64,000 bases of DNA. It comes from Fimbriimonadales bacterium. Its GTDB lineage: Bacteria; Armatimonadota; Fimbriimonadia; Fimbriimonadales; JABRVX01. The stretch is from the NCBI GenBank assembly GCA_045862955.1, contig BTVI01000017.1, positions 10,558 to 74,557 on the forward strand. Direction: 5' to 3'. This document shows positions 20,328-31,600 of the stretch, one piece after another. The notes below the pieces were generated by a model, which worked only from the letters and a program-made list of their open reading frames with translations, did not search any database and was not told where the DNA came from. Each line of letters opens with the position of its first letter. Position 1 is the stretch's first letter. The position numbers were made by a program, and so were the translations under genes.

Positions 20328-20449
20328 TGGCGCTCAGCACCTCGTTAGGCTATCTCCGTTTGTACCTGTTGACGAGTGCAATCTGTTCCTGCTGCACTTA
20401 GGACTCCCTACGTGGCGCACGGGCGGGCGGTTGCGGACGTGTATAATCC

Positions 20450-20908
20450 GTGGCGATGGGAAGGCCCGACTGGGACGAGTACTTTATGCGGATCGCGCAC
20501 GATGTGGCCTCGCGCGCTACCTGCGAGCGGCGCAAGGTCGGTGCCGTCATCGTCGCGGAGAAGCGAATCCTTACGACCGGTTATAACGGCGCGCCGCAGG
20601 GGCTGCCGCACTGCACGGAAGTGGGCTGCAAGATGGAGAACGGCCACTGCATCCGCACGCTGCACGCCGAGCAGAACGCGATCGTGCAGGCCGCGCTCTT
20701 CGGCGTCTCGTGTCTAGGCAGCACGCTTTACGTGACGTGCCAGCCCTGCAACAACTGTGCAAAGATGATCATCAACGCGGGCATCCGCAAGGTAGTGTTC
20801 GAAGGCGACTACCCCGACCCGTTCGCTTTGGAGCTGTTCGAAGCGGCGGGTGTGGAGCTGGTTCGGGTCGTCGAAGGCCGCCCGATGCCCGTTCTCATCC
20901 CCCAATGA
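20450..20908 (+). CDS. Deoxycytidylate deaminase (ComEB-like)
   Basis: RPDWDEYFM, TGYNG, HAEQNA, PCNNC. Confidence 0.92.
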   Translation: MAMGRPDWDEYFMRIAHDVASRATCERRKVGAVIVAEKRILTTGYNGAPQGLPHCTEVGCKMENGHCIRTLHAEQNAIVQAALFGVSCLGSTLYVTCQPCNNCAKMIINAGIRKVVFEGDYPDPFALELFEAAGVELVRVVEGRPMPVLIPQ

Positions 20909-22026
20909 CGCAAGCTCTCATCGTTGCAGCCGTTGCCCTGATCTCTGCGCTAGTGATTACGCCAGCGGTCCGTCGGCTGGCGCTGCGATTCGGCGTGGTG
21001 GACATACCGGACGACCAAAGGCGCGTGCACACGGAACCGACGCCTAGGTGGGGCGGGATCGCCATCTTCGTGTCCTCGGTTATCGCCGTCGCCATTGGCT
21101 TCTGGCTGCTCGGCATGGCGCCGGGGAGTGCCGAGTGGCTGCCGTTCTTCGGTCTCTTTGCTGTCGGCCTTCTCGTCCTGGTCGCGGGGGCGCTGGACGA
21201 CAAGCTGCAGTTCTCTGCGGGGAAGCAGGCGGCGTTCTTGCTTGCCTGTGGCATCGTGGTGCAGTTTCTCGGCGTTCAGATCTCGGGCATCACCAAGCCC
21301 TGGCCGGTCGCTCCGGGCGAGAGTACCTGGCTCGCTCTCGGATGGCTGGCGTGGCCGGTGACTGCGATCTGGATATTCGTCGTGACCAAGACGATGGACA
21401 CGATCGATGGACTGGACGGGCTGGCCGCTGGCATTGCGGCCATCTCTGCCGCGACACTCGGCGTGATGGCTTTGGCCTCGCGGCCCGTGCAGTTGCCGAT
21501 CGCTGCAGTAGGTGCAGCGGTGTGTGGGGCTTCGCTGGGCTTCCTGCGGCACAACTTCAACCCGGCGCGCATATTCATGGGCACGGGCGGGGCGCAGTTC
21601 CTCGGGTTCACTCTGGCTTGCCTGAGCGTGGTAGGAGCGTTCAAGGTGGCCGCTGCGGTGACGGTGGGGGTGCCGGTGCTCATCTTCGGCTTGCCCATTT
21701 TCGATGCGTTCTTCGTGGTGATTCGCCGTATTCGACACAAACAGCCGATCTATAAAGCGGACAAGCGGCACCTGCATCATCGGCTGCTCGAAAAGGGACT
21801 GTCCCATCGCCAGACGGTGCTGGTGATGTACGCTCTGGCCCTCGTTCTTTGCGCGACGGCACTCTGGATATTCGGAAGGACCCACCATGGCAAGCAGACA
21901 ACCGCGGACGTCTCGGCTTACAGTGATGGCGGTGTTCGGCACACGGCCCGATGCCATCAAGATGGCTCCGGTGATCCGCGAGTTGCGTCGCTTCCCAGAC
22001 CAGGTTCGTCTCAGCATCGTATCTAG
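20905..22026 (+). CDS. Undecaprenyl-phosphate GlcNAc-1-phosphate transferase (WecA/TagO, MraY family)
   Basis: PTPRWGGIAI, GALDD, DGLDGLA, NFNPARIFMG, HLHHRL. Confidence 0.9.
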   Translation: MTQALIVAAVALISALVITPAVRRLALRFGVVDIPDDQRRVHTEPTPRWGGIAIFVSSVIAVAIGFWLLGMAPGSAEWLPFFGLFAVGLLVLVAGALDDKLQFSAGKQAAFLLACGIVVQFLGVQISGITKPWPVAPGESTWLALGWLAWPVTAIWIFVVTKTMDTIDGLDGLAAGIAAISAATLGVMALASRPVQLPIAAVGAAVCGASLGFLRHNFNPARIFMGTGGAQFLGFTLACLSVVGAFKVAAAVTVGVPVLIFGLPIFDAFFVVIRRIRHKQPIYKADKRHLHHRLLEKGLSHRQTVLVMYALALVLCATALWIFGRTHHGKQTTADVSAYSDGGVRHTARCHQDGSGDPRVASLPRPGSSQHRI

Positions 22027-23038
22027 CGGTCAGCATCGCGAGATGCTTCGCCCGGTGCTCGAAGCTTTCGATATTCGGCCCGACCTGGACTTGGACATTA
22101 TGGTTCATGGGCAGACGCTTGCCGAGTTGCTGTGTCGGGCGCTCACTGGCCTGGAGAAGGTCGTTCGGGATGTCGGGCCGGATTTGGTGATGGCACAGGG
22201 AGATACCAGCACCACCTTCGCGGCCGCCCTGGCTGCTTTCTATGGCAAGGCAGAGTTCGCTCACGTGGAGGCCGGGCTGCGCACGGGCGACAAGTACCAG
22301 CCATTTCCGGAGGAGATTAACCGCCGATTGACTGCCGCAATCACCGACCTGCACTTCGCTCCTACCAAGTTGGCGGAGAAGAACCTGCTGGCGGAGGGGG
22401 TGGAGCGAGACCGTATCTGGATCACCGGGAACACGGGGATTGACGCCGTGCGCATCTGTGCCGAGCGAGTGCAAGTGCCCGAGCTGCCGACGCGCACGCT
22501 GCTGGTGACGGCGCACAGGCGGGAGAACTGGGGAGACGGCATCCGACAGATTGCACGCGCGCTGAAGCTCATCCTGCAGCGCTTCGCAGATACCGAAGCC
22601 ATCGTTTCGATGCACAGCAACCCGGAGGTTCGGGCGATATGGCAGGAGGAGCTGGGCAGAGAGCCACGCGTCCGCCTCATCGATCCCCCTGCCTACCCCG
22701 AGTTCGTTGCGTTGATGAAGGCTAGCCATCTTATCCTAACCGATTCGGGTGGCATGCAGGAAGAGGCGCCGGGCTTGGGCAAGCCTGTGCTGGTGTTGCG
22801 AAACACCACGGAGCGACCGGAAGGGGTCGAAGCAGGTGTCGCCCGCTTGATCGGCACGGACACGGAGCGGATCGTCGAGGAGACCGCGCGCCTGCTTACC
22901 TCGGAGGAAGCCTACCGGGAGATGGCGCAGTCGGTGAACCCCTACGGTGACGGGCGCGCGGCCGAGAGGATTCGCACGATGGTGTTCCGTTACTATGGAC
23001 TACCATCCAGTGCGCCCGAGGTGGAAGCTTGGCAATAG
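21887..23038 (+). CDS. wecB: UDP-N-acetylglucosamine 2-epimerase (non-hydrolysing)
   Basis: FGTRPDAIKMAP, HVEAGLR, PFPEEINR, TDSGGMQEEAP, NPYGDG. Confidence 0.95.
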   Translation: MASRQPRTSRLTVMAVFGTRPDAIKMAPVIRELRRFPDQVRLSIVSSGQHREMLRPVLEAFDIRPDLDLDIMVHGQTLAELLCRALTGLEKVVRDVGPDLVMAQGDTSTTFAAALAAFYGKAEFAHVEAGLRTGDKYQPFPEEINRRLTAAITDLHFAPTKLAEKNLLAEGVERDRIWITGNTGIDAVRICAERVQVPELPTRTLLVTAHRRENWGDGIRQIARALKLILQRFADTEAIVSMHSNPEVRAIWQEELGREPRVRLIDPPAYPEFVALMKASHLILTDSGGMQEEAPGLGKPVLVLRNTTERPEGVEAGVARLIGTDTERIVEETARLLTSEEAYREMAQSVNPYGDGRAAERIRTMVFRYYGLPSSAPEVEAWQ

Positions 23039-24177
23039 ACCCTTCGGACGGCATGGGCTGGTTCGCGCCCGTCTGGAGAGCGATCTGGCGCATCGCCCTC
23101 ATCGTGCTGCTGCTGTGGTTCATGTGGCACACGCGCAGCATCATCATTACGCTGCTGCTCTCCGCAACCCTGGGTTACTTCGTGTGGTTCGGGGTAGAGT
23201 TCCTGGTGCGTCATGAGTGGTGGGGGGTGCCGAAGACGTGGGTGCGATTCAAGCGTGCCACAGCGTGCCTGCTATGCTACGCGGTGTTGGGGGTCTTCGC
23301 ATGGGGGGCGTCGGTACAGATGTCCCTGCCCATCCGCGAGGGCATCAGCACGCTGACGCACAACTGGAGCAACTACATGAAGATCCTCTCCGATCAGACG
23401 GAGGAGTTGCAGCGTTTCTATCATAAGAACGTGCCGGAGCAGGTGCGCGAGTACATATCCACCAGCTTGGGCCATGTGTTCGAGGGATGGGGTGCGGCGG
23501 CGGCGGGGCAGGGCCGGCGCAGTCAGGGTGGTTCCCCGTGGCAGTGGATCACCTATCTCGTCGAGCTGATCTTGGTACCGTTCATCGCCTTCTTCGTGAT
23601 CGTGGACGGGCGTGCACTCAAACGGGAGGTACTGCAGTTGCTACCACCCCACACCGTGCGTCCGGTGCTACGTCTGGCGAGAGAGACCGACTTGGTGATG
23701 CGCCAATACATTCTCAGTCAGTTCATCTTGTGCTTGATCGCAGGTGTGGTGACCTATCTGATCTTCGCAATCGGTCTGCCGCGAGCCCACGCATATGCTA
23801 CGATCGCCGGCATCTACGCGGGTGTGACGAGAGTGATCCCGGTGGTGGGTTCCATCATTGGTGGGATACCCGTGATAGCGCTCGCGGGGCTTTCTCAGGG
23901 CAGTGTCACGGATGCCGTGTGGGTCGCGGTGCTTTTCTCCGCGATGCACCTGGCGGAGAGTAAGTTCTTATACCCCGCGATCGTAGGTAGTAGGATGGCG
24001 ATGCACCCGGTACTCGTGATCGTAGTGTTGTTAGTATCGTTCGAATTTTTCGGGATCGTAGGCATGTTCTTCGGCCCACCGATTGCCGCGATCGCGCGGA
24101 ACGTCTGGCTCTCCTCGCAGGCGCGCAGACGGTCCGGAACGAAGGGAGTCCAGGCGGTGAGTGTTGTCGGGGCCTGA
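23029..24177 (+). CDS. AI-2E family transporter
   Basis: IPVVGS, ESKFLYPAIVG..MHPVLV, GIVGMFFGPPIAA. Confidence 0.85.
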   Translation: MAIDPSDGMGWFAPVWRAIWRIALIVLLLWFMWHTRSIIITLLLSATLGYFVWFGVEFLVRHEWWGVPKTWVRFKRATACLLCYAVLGVFAWGASVQMSLPIREGISTLTHNWSNYMKILSDQTEELQRFYHKNVPEQVREYISTSLGHVFEGWGAAAAGQGRRSQGGSPWQWITYLVELILVPFIAFFVIVDGRALKREVLQLLPPHTVRPVLRLARETDLVMRQYILSQFILCLIAGVVTYLIFAIGLPRAHAYATIAGIYAGVTRVIPVVGSIIGGIPVIALAGLSQGSVTDAVWVAVLFSAMHLAESKFLYPAIVGSRMAMHPVLVIVVLLVSFEFFGIVGMFFGPPIAAIARNVWLSSQARRRSGTKGVQAVSVVGA

Positions 24178-25006
24178 ATTCGCGGGTGGATGGTTTGCCA
24201 TGCTCGTCGCGCTCGGCTTGGGCGCTATGCAAGGCATCACGGAGTTTCTGCCTATCTCCAGCTCCGCTCATCTGATTCTGGCGCGCGATGTGTTCGGCTG
24301 GAGCTTTGGGGACGAGAGGGCGAATCTTCTCTTCGACGTGGTTCTCCACGTCGGCACGATGCTGGCGGTGGTATTGTTTTTCCGAAAAGACCTTCTGCGG
24401 ATCTTCGGCGCTATGCTGAGCCGCTCCGAGGAGCGGCGGGTGGACCGCAGGCTGGGATGGTACATCCTCGTGGGAACCGTGCCGGCCGCACTTGCGGGTG
24501 TGCTGTTCGAAGAGCCCATCGAGCAGTTCTTCCGGCAGCGGGTGGACGTGATCGTCAGCTTGTTGGCAGGTGTCGGCGTGCTGATGTGGCTTGCCGACCG
24601 GCTAGGTAGGAAGCGCCGAGATATCGAAGGGGTCACGCTTTGGGACGCGCTGCTGATGGGTGTGGCGCAGGCGAGCGCCCTGATGCCGGGTGTTTCTCGT
24701 TCCGGCGCAACCATCACGACGGGTTTGGCACTGGGCCTTAAGCGAGAGGATGCCGCGCGCTTCAGCTTCTTGCTCTCGACTCCCGCCATCGTCGGTGCGG
24801 CGCTCTGGACCCTGAAAGGCGTGGGCGATATGCAGATGGTGGAGGGGGCGGTTCCCCTGCTGATAGCAGGATTCCTGGCATCGGTCGTATTCGGTATGGC
24901 CAGCATCGGGTTTCTGCTTCGCTTCCTGCAGCGACGGACGGTGTTAGCATTCACCGTCTACCGCATTCTGGTCGCATTGTGGCTCTACTTCGCGCTGGTA
25001 CGGTAG
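24161..25006 (+). CDS. uppP: Undecaprenyl-diphosphatase
   Basis: QGITEFLPISSSAHL, PGVSRSGATI, AARFSFLLSTP. Confidence 0.95.
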   Translation: MLSGPEFAGGWFAMLVALGLGAMQGITEFLPISSSAHLILARDVFGWSFGDERANLLFDVVLHVGTMLAVVLFFRKDLLRIFGAMLSRSEERRVDRRLGWYILVGTVPAALAGVLFEEPIEQFFRQRVDVIVSLLAGVGVLMWLADRLGRKRRDIEGVTLWDALLMGVAQASALMPGVSRSGATITTGLALGLKREDAARFSFLLSTPAIVGAALWTLKGVGDMQMVEGAVPLLIAGFLASVVFGMASIGFLLRFLQRRTVLAFTVYRILVALWLYFALVR

Positions 25007-25010
25007 CCCC

Positions 25011-25973
25011 TTACCGGAACATGCGGCGGAGGCGCCACTGGTCGGCTGCTACGGCGATGATGATCACGTGCCCTATGATCATCTCTTGCACGAAGTTCGG
25101 CCATCCGAGCGCGATGCAGCGGTTCCGAAGATAGGACATCAGGAACGCTCCTACCAAAGTGCCCACGATCGAGCCCTGTCCTCCGGCCAGCGACGCCCCT
25201 CCGATCACCACGGCGGCGATCACGTCCAACTCCAGGCCCACCGCCACGGTCGGGTCGCCCTGCGTAAGTCGCGCGAACTGGAACAGCCCTGCAAGACCCG
25301 TCATCAAGCCCATCAGCACATAGATGTACACCTTCGTGCGCTCTACCCGCACACCGCATAGACGAGCAGTCGCCTCGTTGGAGCCGATAGCGAAAGCATA
25401 CCTACCTAACACCGAATGCCGGAGTGCGAGTGCCATCACCACCGCGAGACCTAACATCAGCCAGACTGCCGGCGCGAACACCAACCACGACTGAGCAGGA
25501 ATCGGCTGCACCCACTGATCCAATCCCCCAGTGGGTGCCGTTATGGGACGGCTGTTGGATATCCACTTTGCCACTCCGCGAAAGAACCCCAACGTGCCGA
25601 GTGTAGCGATGAAGGGCGGCAGCCGCAACACCGTGATCAGCAAGCCGTTGTACAATCCACACAAGGCTCCTACCCCGAGAGTGGTAGGGATGGCCACGGC
25701 TAGCGGCAGGCCGCGATCCATCGCAAGCGCCGCCGTGACGCTCGCCAGCGCGATGGCAGAGCCGACGGAGAGGTCAATCCCTGCGCTCACGATGACGAAT
25801 GTCATTCCCATCGCTGCGACGGACACGATCACCGTCTGCACGAGGATCGTTCGCAGGTCGAGCAGCTTGACAGCGGGGTGCGGAGGGATGGCATAGAACA
25901 CTGCGACTACGACGAGCAGCACGGCGAAGGGCGCGAGAGCCCTCATCGCACGGCGCGCCGTATCTGTTTTCAA
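25011..25973 (-). CDS. Sugar ABC transporter permease (RbsC-like)
   Basis: GIDLSVGS, PPFIATLG, ELDVIAAVVIGGASL; TTG start overlaps the upstream stop. Confidence 0.9.
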   Translation of the reverse strand: MKTDTARRAMRALAPFAVLLVVVAVFYAIPPHPAVKLLDLRTILVQTVIVSVAAMGMTFVIVSAGIDLSVGSAIALASVTAALAMDRGLPLAVAIPTTLGVGALCGLYNGLLITVLRLPPFIATLGTLGFFRGVAKWISNSRPITAPTGGLDQWVQPIPAQSWLVFAPAVWLMLGLAVVMALALRHSVLGRYAFAIGSNEATARLCGVRVERTKVYIYVLMGLMTGLAGLFQFARLTQGDPTVAVGLELDVIAAVVIGGASLAGGQGSIVGTLVGAFLMSYLRNRCIALGWPNFVQEMIIGHVIIIAVAADQWRLRRMFR

Positions 25974-27472
25974 GCCGTTCCGCCCCCTCCGACCGCCGCC
26001 AGAACCAACGACGCCTCCGACCACTCGGAAGCAGGGCGCGCCTCGCCGAGACGACCGCGGTGCATGACGGCGATGCGGTCGCAGATACCTAACAGCTCCG
26101 GCATGTAGCTGCTGACCATCAACACCGCCTTGCCTCGGGCTGCTAGCTCTCCGATCAGACGGTAGATCTGCGCCTTGCTCGCTACGTCTACGCCCCTCGT
26201 CGGCTCATCGAGAAGCAAGATGTCGCAATCGGTCTCCAGCAGCCGGGCGAGTGCCAGTTTCTGCTGGTTGCCGCCGGAGAGGTCCGCTGCGAGCTGGTCG
26301 GGTCCTCGCGCACGGATGGACAAACCTTCGAGGAGTCGAATGGCACTACGTCTCTCCGCACCTCCTCGTATCCAGCCATAGCGGGAGTATGCATGTAGAT
26401 GACTGAGTGTTAGGTTCTCGGTCAGCGTACGATCGAGTGCCAGGCCTTCCGCCTTCCTGTCTTCACTGAGCATGCCGACTCCCTTCGCTAACATTCGCGA
26501 AGGGTTGGTGTGCCGCAATGTGATGCCCAGGACCGTAACAGTACCTTCGCGGATCGGGTCCAGCCCGAAAACTGCACGGAGGAGCTCCGTTCGACCTGCC
26601 CCTACCAGTCCTGCCAGGCCGAGAATCTCCCCCCGATGCAGTGTGAGGTCGGCTTCGAGTGGCAGCCGCGAGCCGCCGAGCGCACGCACGGTGAACACTG
26701 GCTCGCCCACCTCGTGCGGCACGCGTGGGAACATCTCCTCCACACGTCCGCCGATCATATGCTCCACCATCTGCTCCACGCTAGTGTCAGCGGCGATGCC
26801 CCTAGCAACCACTTTCCCGTCGCGCAGCACGGTGAAGCGGTCGGCCACGCGTTTCACCTCTTCCAGAAAGTGTGAGACGTAGATGACAGAGACTCCCTCC
26901 CGCTTCAGACCGCGGATCACTTCGAAGAGCTGCTCGATTTCTGCGAGGCCCAGGCTACTAGTAGGTTCGTCCATGATCAGGATTCGAGAACCTGTTAGTA
27001 GTGCGCGGGCGATTTCCACCAGTTGTCTCTCGGCAGGCGAGAGTCGTAGCACCTGCCGATGGATGTCCATGTCCCCTTGTCGTAGGCGGGCCAGCGCCTC
27101 GCGGATGGGCCGGCGATGTGCAGAGCGACGGATGATTCCGAGCACGCGCGATTCTATGCCGAGTGCCATATTCTCCTCGACCGTGAGGTGCGGTGCGAGG
27201 TTGAGCTCTTGGTAGATCATGGCCACGCCGGCCTTGCGCGATGCCATGGGATCGGCGGGAGCGAAAGGCTCGCCGTCTATGCGGATGGCACCCGCATCCG
27301 GCCGCACGGCACCGGAAAGCACCTTGAGCAGGGTGGACTTTCCGGCTCCGTTCTCGCCGATCAGAGCATGCACCTCGCCGGCCAGCACAGTGATGGCTAC
27401 GTTATCGAGTGCCACCGTGGGCCCGAACGCTTTGCACACGCCGGACATCTCTAGGCGGGGCGGTGAGTTCAC
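25970..27472 (-). CDS. Sugar ABC transporter ATP-binding protein (RbsA-like, double NBD)
   Basis: GENGAGKST, MDEPTSSL, LSGGNQQK, DEPTRGVD. Confidence 0.93.
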   Translation of the reverse strand: MNSPPRLEMSGVCKAFGPTVALDNVAITVLAGEVHALIGENGAGKSTLLKVLSGAVRPDAGAIRIDGEPFAPADPMASRKAGVAMIYQELNLAPHLTVEENMALGIESRVLGIIRRSAHRRPIREALARLRQGDMDIHRQVLRLSPAERQLVEIARALLTGSRILIMDEPTSSLGLAEIEQLFEVIRGLKREGVSVIYVSHFLEEVKRVADRFTVLRDGKVVARGIAADTSVEQMVEHMIGGRVEEMFPRVPHEVGEPVFTVRALGGSRLPLEADLTLHRGEILGLAGLVGAGRTELLRAVFGLDPIREGTVTVLGITLRHTNPSRMLAKGVGMLSEDRKAEGLALDRTLTENLTLSHLHAYSRYGWIRGGAERRSAIRLLEGLSIRARGPDQLAADLSGGNQQKLALARLLETDCDILLLDEPTRGVDVASKAQIYRLIGELAARGKAVLMVSSYMPELLGICDRIAVMHRGRLGEARPASEWSEASLVLAAVGGGGTA

Positions 27473-28476
27473 TTTCCCTCGAGAACGGACAGGTCGGGGT
27501 TCAGCAGTTCCTTCACATCGGGCTGCGACATGTTCTTCGCGGTGACCAGCGTTACGCCGGTGTCTATGCGCGGCTGGACGGGCTTCTTCTTCAGCACGTC
27601 ATAGGCAGTTTTCACGCCCAGGTAACCCATGCGCACAGGGTTCTGCACTACGAGGCCCTCGATCTCGCCTTTCGATAGCGCTTCCACCAGTCCGGGGCTG
27701 GAATCGAAGCCGACGAAGCGCACCTTGCCCGCCAAGCCGCGGGAGCGCAGCGCCAGCAACATGCCGAAGGTGGAGCTTTCGTTCGGCGTGAAGACGCCCT
27801 GCAGGTCGGTGTAAGTGGTGAGCAGGCTCTCGGCGGCGTCCTGTGCGGTGGCGCGCGTGGCCCCCGCATACCGCTTCGGGTCGATCAACTCGATGCCGCG
27901 GGACTTGGCAATGGTGTCGGTGAAACCCTTTTCGCGCTGGACGGTGCTCTCGGAGCCTTCCTGGTAGCGCAGAAGCAGGACCTTGCCCTTGCCTCCCAAC
28001 GCCTCGACCATCGCCTCGGCTGCGAGCACTCCACCCTTGTAGTTGTCGGTGGCGACGTAGCTGGCGAAGTCCTTGCCCACCTCACCCGCTAGGCCCGAAT
28101 CGATAATCACCACGGGGATGCCCGCGCGGCCGGCCTGCTGAACGGGTGCGAGCAGGGCCTTGTCGTCCAGCGGTGCGAGTACGATGGCGTCGTATCCGCC
28201 GCTGATCAGGTTCTCGACGAGCGAGACCTGCTGCTGCCGGTCGTCCTCGCGCTCGGGGCCGGTGAAGGTGACTTCGACGTCGCCGAGTTCCTTCTCCGCC
28301 TTCACGGCGCCCGCATGAATGCTTTTCCAGAAGTCGTGCGTTGTGCCTTTGGGTACGACGGCGATGCGTAGCTTGGGGGCGCCGCCGGTTTCGCCGTTCT
28401 TGGCCGCTTGCTTCTCGCCGCATCCCGCGAGCATCGCGAGGGCGGCGAGGGCAGCCAACAGGATACGTGCTCTCAT
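27469..28476 (-). CDS. Sugar ABC transporter substrate-binding lipoprotein
   Basis: Lipobox LAGC; PKGTTHDFW, VATDNYKGG, VQNPVRMGY. Confidence 0.9.
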   Translation of the reverse strand: MRARILLAALAALAMLAGCGEKQAAKNGETGGAPKLRIAVVPKGTTHDFWKSIHAGAVKAEKELGDVEVTFTGPEREDDRQQQVSLVENLISGGYDAIVLAPLDDKALLAPVQQAGRAGIPVVIIDSGLAGEVGKDFASYVATDNYKGGVLAAEAMVEALGGKGKVLLLRYQEGSESTVQREKGFTDTIAKSRGIELIDPKRYAGATRATAQDAAESLLTTYTDLQGVFTPNESSTFGMLLALRSRGLAGKVRFVGFDSSPGLVEALSKGEIEGLVVQNPVRMGYLGVKTAYDVLKKKPVQPRIDTGVTLVTAKNMSQPDVKELLNPDLSVLEGK

Positions 28477-28624
28477 CTGCTCACCTTGGGGCTATGGGTC
28501 TCGCCTCTCGTTTCGCCTCTTTCGGTGCGGCTCCTGCACCGCACGCACGGCTCAGTCGCCGAGGAGCTTCCAGTGACGGCCCACAAGACACGCTGCAGCA
28601 CGCATAGCGCCGGCCAGCACACGT

Positions 28625-28667
28625 GCAAGAGGGGGTGCGTGGGTCCACCCACGCACCCCCTTGCTAC
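28625..28667. repeat. Perfect 13-bp-stem hairpin with GTAG at its minus-strand 5' foot (REP-like or terminator)
   Basis: GGGGGTGCGTGGG-TCCA-CCCACGCACCCCC. Confidence 0.65.
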
Positions 28668-28685
28668 GTCCAGGCAAGGCCGTGG

Positions 28686-31600
28686 CTACAGGTCGCCGAC
28701 TGCGCCGAAGTTGGTGAGAACGATGTTCAGGTCGGACAGGTCGACCGAGCCGTCTGCATTCACGTCTGCGGGACCCATCGTGCCACCGAAGTTGGTGAGC
28801 ACGAGCGTGAGGTCTGCGATGTCTACGGAGTTGTCGTCGTTCACGTCGCCGTTCTTCAGTGTGAAGTTGACGCCCGCAGTCGCGGGACCTGCTACCACCT
28901 GCGACGGACGCACCTGGCGCAGCCACGTACCATGCTTCAGTGCTATGTCATAGGTGCCTGTTAGCACGTCTGGCACCGTGTAGCCGCCCGAGCCATCCAA
29001 CACGGCAGTGAAGCTGGCCACCACAGTGAGCGTGCTCGGTTGCCGGAACTCCAGGGTAATAACGCGTCCAGCAGGTGATGGCACCAGGTTCTGCAGCGTC
29101 ACGGTACCTGTCATCGTAGCTTCCGGCTTGAAGCCCTGAATCCAGGTGCGCCATCCGCTCGAAGCCCATTCATGGTGCGCCCAGAAGGTGCGATGATCAG
29201 CAGGGTCAACGTTGATCGCGCTGTAGTCGCCCCACCTATCCGTGGTGTATGGGCCGGTGGAGTCCTTGCGTATCACATGCGCACCCATCGTGCCCAGAGG
29301 ATCGGAAGCCCAGCGATGCGTGGTGACCATCGAGATGTATTCGTTGCTGGAGGATCGCGCAAACGTCATGGCCGCGTTGCCCTCCGGGTCCACGGTGATC
29401 GAGTTGAAGTAGGTGTGGATCGTATTGTCAATCTTGGCCGTCCCCGATTGCACGAGCACGGGGTTAAGACCGGAGTCCGGCCAGCCACGCATGTCGATCT
29501 CGTACCAGCGCGACTCGACCGGACTCGAGTTCACGTGGTGTGCGGCCCACAGGTGGCCGTTCCGATATGCCACGCTCCAGAACCGCGCATCGAAGGTTTG
29601 CGGTCGGACGGTGGTACCTTTCTGAACCGGGGTGCCGGGCGCGCTGTAGGCGGGAACGGTGAGATTGACGCTGACGAAGTTCGGGCTGGTGAGCGGGTCC
29701 TTCAATGCTAACAGTCGAACCTGAGTGCGATTACTACCCTCCTGATGCTCGATCAGGTACAGGTAAGGTGGATTGTCGAAGCTAACGGGTGGCATGCCTG
29801 CAGACTGCGTCGAGGTGCTCAGCGTGGTGGACCTGCTGATGGCAGGAGGCAGGCCCGCCAGCATACTCGCCTTGTCGAAGGTGTACACGGGGTAGTTCGC
29901 GCTGATGCCGAACCCGTCGCCTGTTACGTACACCACATTCTGGTCCACTGCGATGTTCGGAGAGTCGAAGAGGTTGCCCGCGAGCGCCGATGTGTCGAAG
30001 CGATACTTGTACCACGTCCCGTTCGGATCGGAGTCGTCCGAGACTGCTATCAGCACATAGGACTTGTTGTTCGGCGCATAGCCCTCCGCGGCCATGGCGA
30101 AGAAGCGCCCCGATAACTCATCGTACAGTACTTCGGGGTCGAAGACGAACCCGGTGGCGCCGAGGCTTCCCCAGAAGCCGGAAGCGCCTTCGATAGGGGT
30201 CTGGTACTGCTTCGTGCCCGTCTTGGTGAACCACGCAATCGCACCGTTGGTCATTACCACGATGTGGTCGGGACCGACTGCTAGGTGTGGATCGGGCGGG
30301 GTCCAGCCCGTACTAGTGATTCCCAGGAACCCGATGTCGGCCCCCGCGATCGTCACCTCGCGATCACCTTCCACCTCGACATCCAGCGGATCGAAGGTAG
30401 GTGGAATGTGCGGGCTCGCCGCGTCGGCAACGACCTTTGGTGCGGCGGGCTGCATGAGAGGCGTCACGCCCATGTCGGCGACGTTCACGTCGAGCAGCCT
30501 GCGACTCAGCATGGACACGTACGTGCCGTTCTTGTCCTGCGACCCGTTGCCGCTCCAGGCACATACCAGTCTGCCATCGGGCAGGAAAGCAACCCGCCGG
30601 GAGCCGGTTGCCGCCCGCATGGACTGGTCCCCTTCTACGCCAAGGTTCAACCGGACTTCGCCACCCAGCCGGGTGCCGTCCGATGCGAACATCTGAACGA
30701 ACACGCCGTTGCGGTCCCCGTCCTCGGAGTTCCATGCGATGGCAAAGTGACCATCGGGGGCGACGGCTATGTCTGCGCCGTTCTGCACCCCTGCGGTCGT
30801 GGAGTTGACTACGAAGGGAGCTGCGACCGGCTTCCCCTGCACGTCGAGTCTGCGGGCGACGACACCGTATTCGGACCCGTCGCTCTCCGAGTCCTGCCAT
30901 GCTACGATATAGCCGCGCCGAGTGGCAGCGATCACCGGCTCTACCTGGTTGTTCCTGCGCTCACCGGACACGAGGATGTCGGTTCCGATGCGCTCACCAC
31001 TCGCACGGAAGCGCTGAAGTCGGATGCCGGCCGGGTCGTGATTAGCATCGAACACGGCGAAGACCACGGCAAGCGAGCCATCCGCACCCCATGCGAGTGC
31101 CGGAGTGGTCTCGAAACGGTCCTGCTCCGATACCCGTAGCTCGTCGGTCAGCGGCTGACCCGAGGGGTCGAACAGGCGCACGTACACGCGCGGGTTCGCC
31201 TTAGCGGACTCCATCGAGCGCCACACGACCGCAATCCGGCCGTCCCGGTCAATCGCGATCGCCGGGTCGGACTGGTCGCCCTTCCAAGTCTGGTTGACCA
31301 GAATCTCGTCGCCGCCGTCGAGCTTGCGGAGGAGGACGCCGCTGCCGTGCCCGTCCTGACCCCAGGACTGCCAGACCGCCCACGTCTCACCCTTCGGGCT
31401 CGTAGCGAGCGCGGGAGCGCCGAGGTGGCTCTCGGTCCAGATGCCGACGGGCCTCTCCTCGCCGAGCGCGATGCCCTCGGGCGAGAACTTTTGATAGTAG
31501 ACGCCGCTGCGGCCGCCTAGCTGTCGGCGACTGCCCCACGCGACCGTGATGCCGCCGTCCGGGCCGACGGCGATGGTAGCCTGGTCCTGCGCACTGGGGG

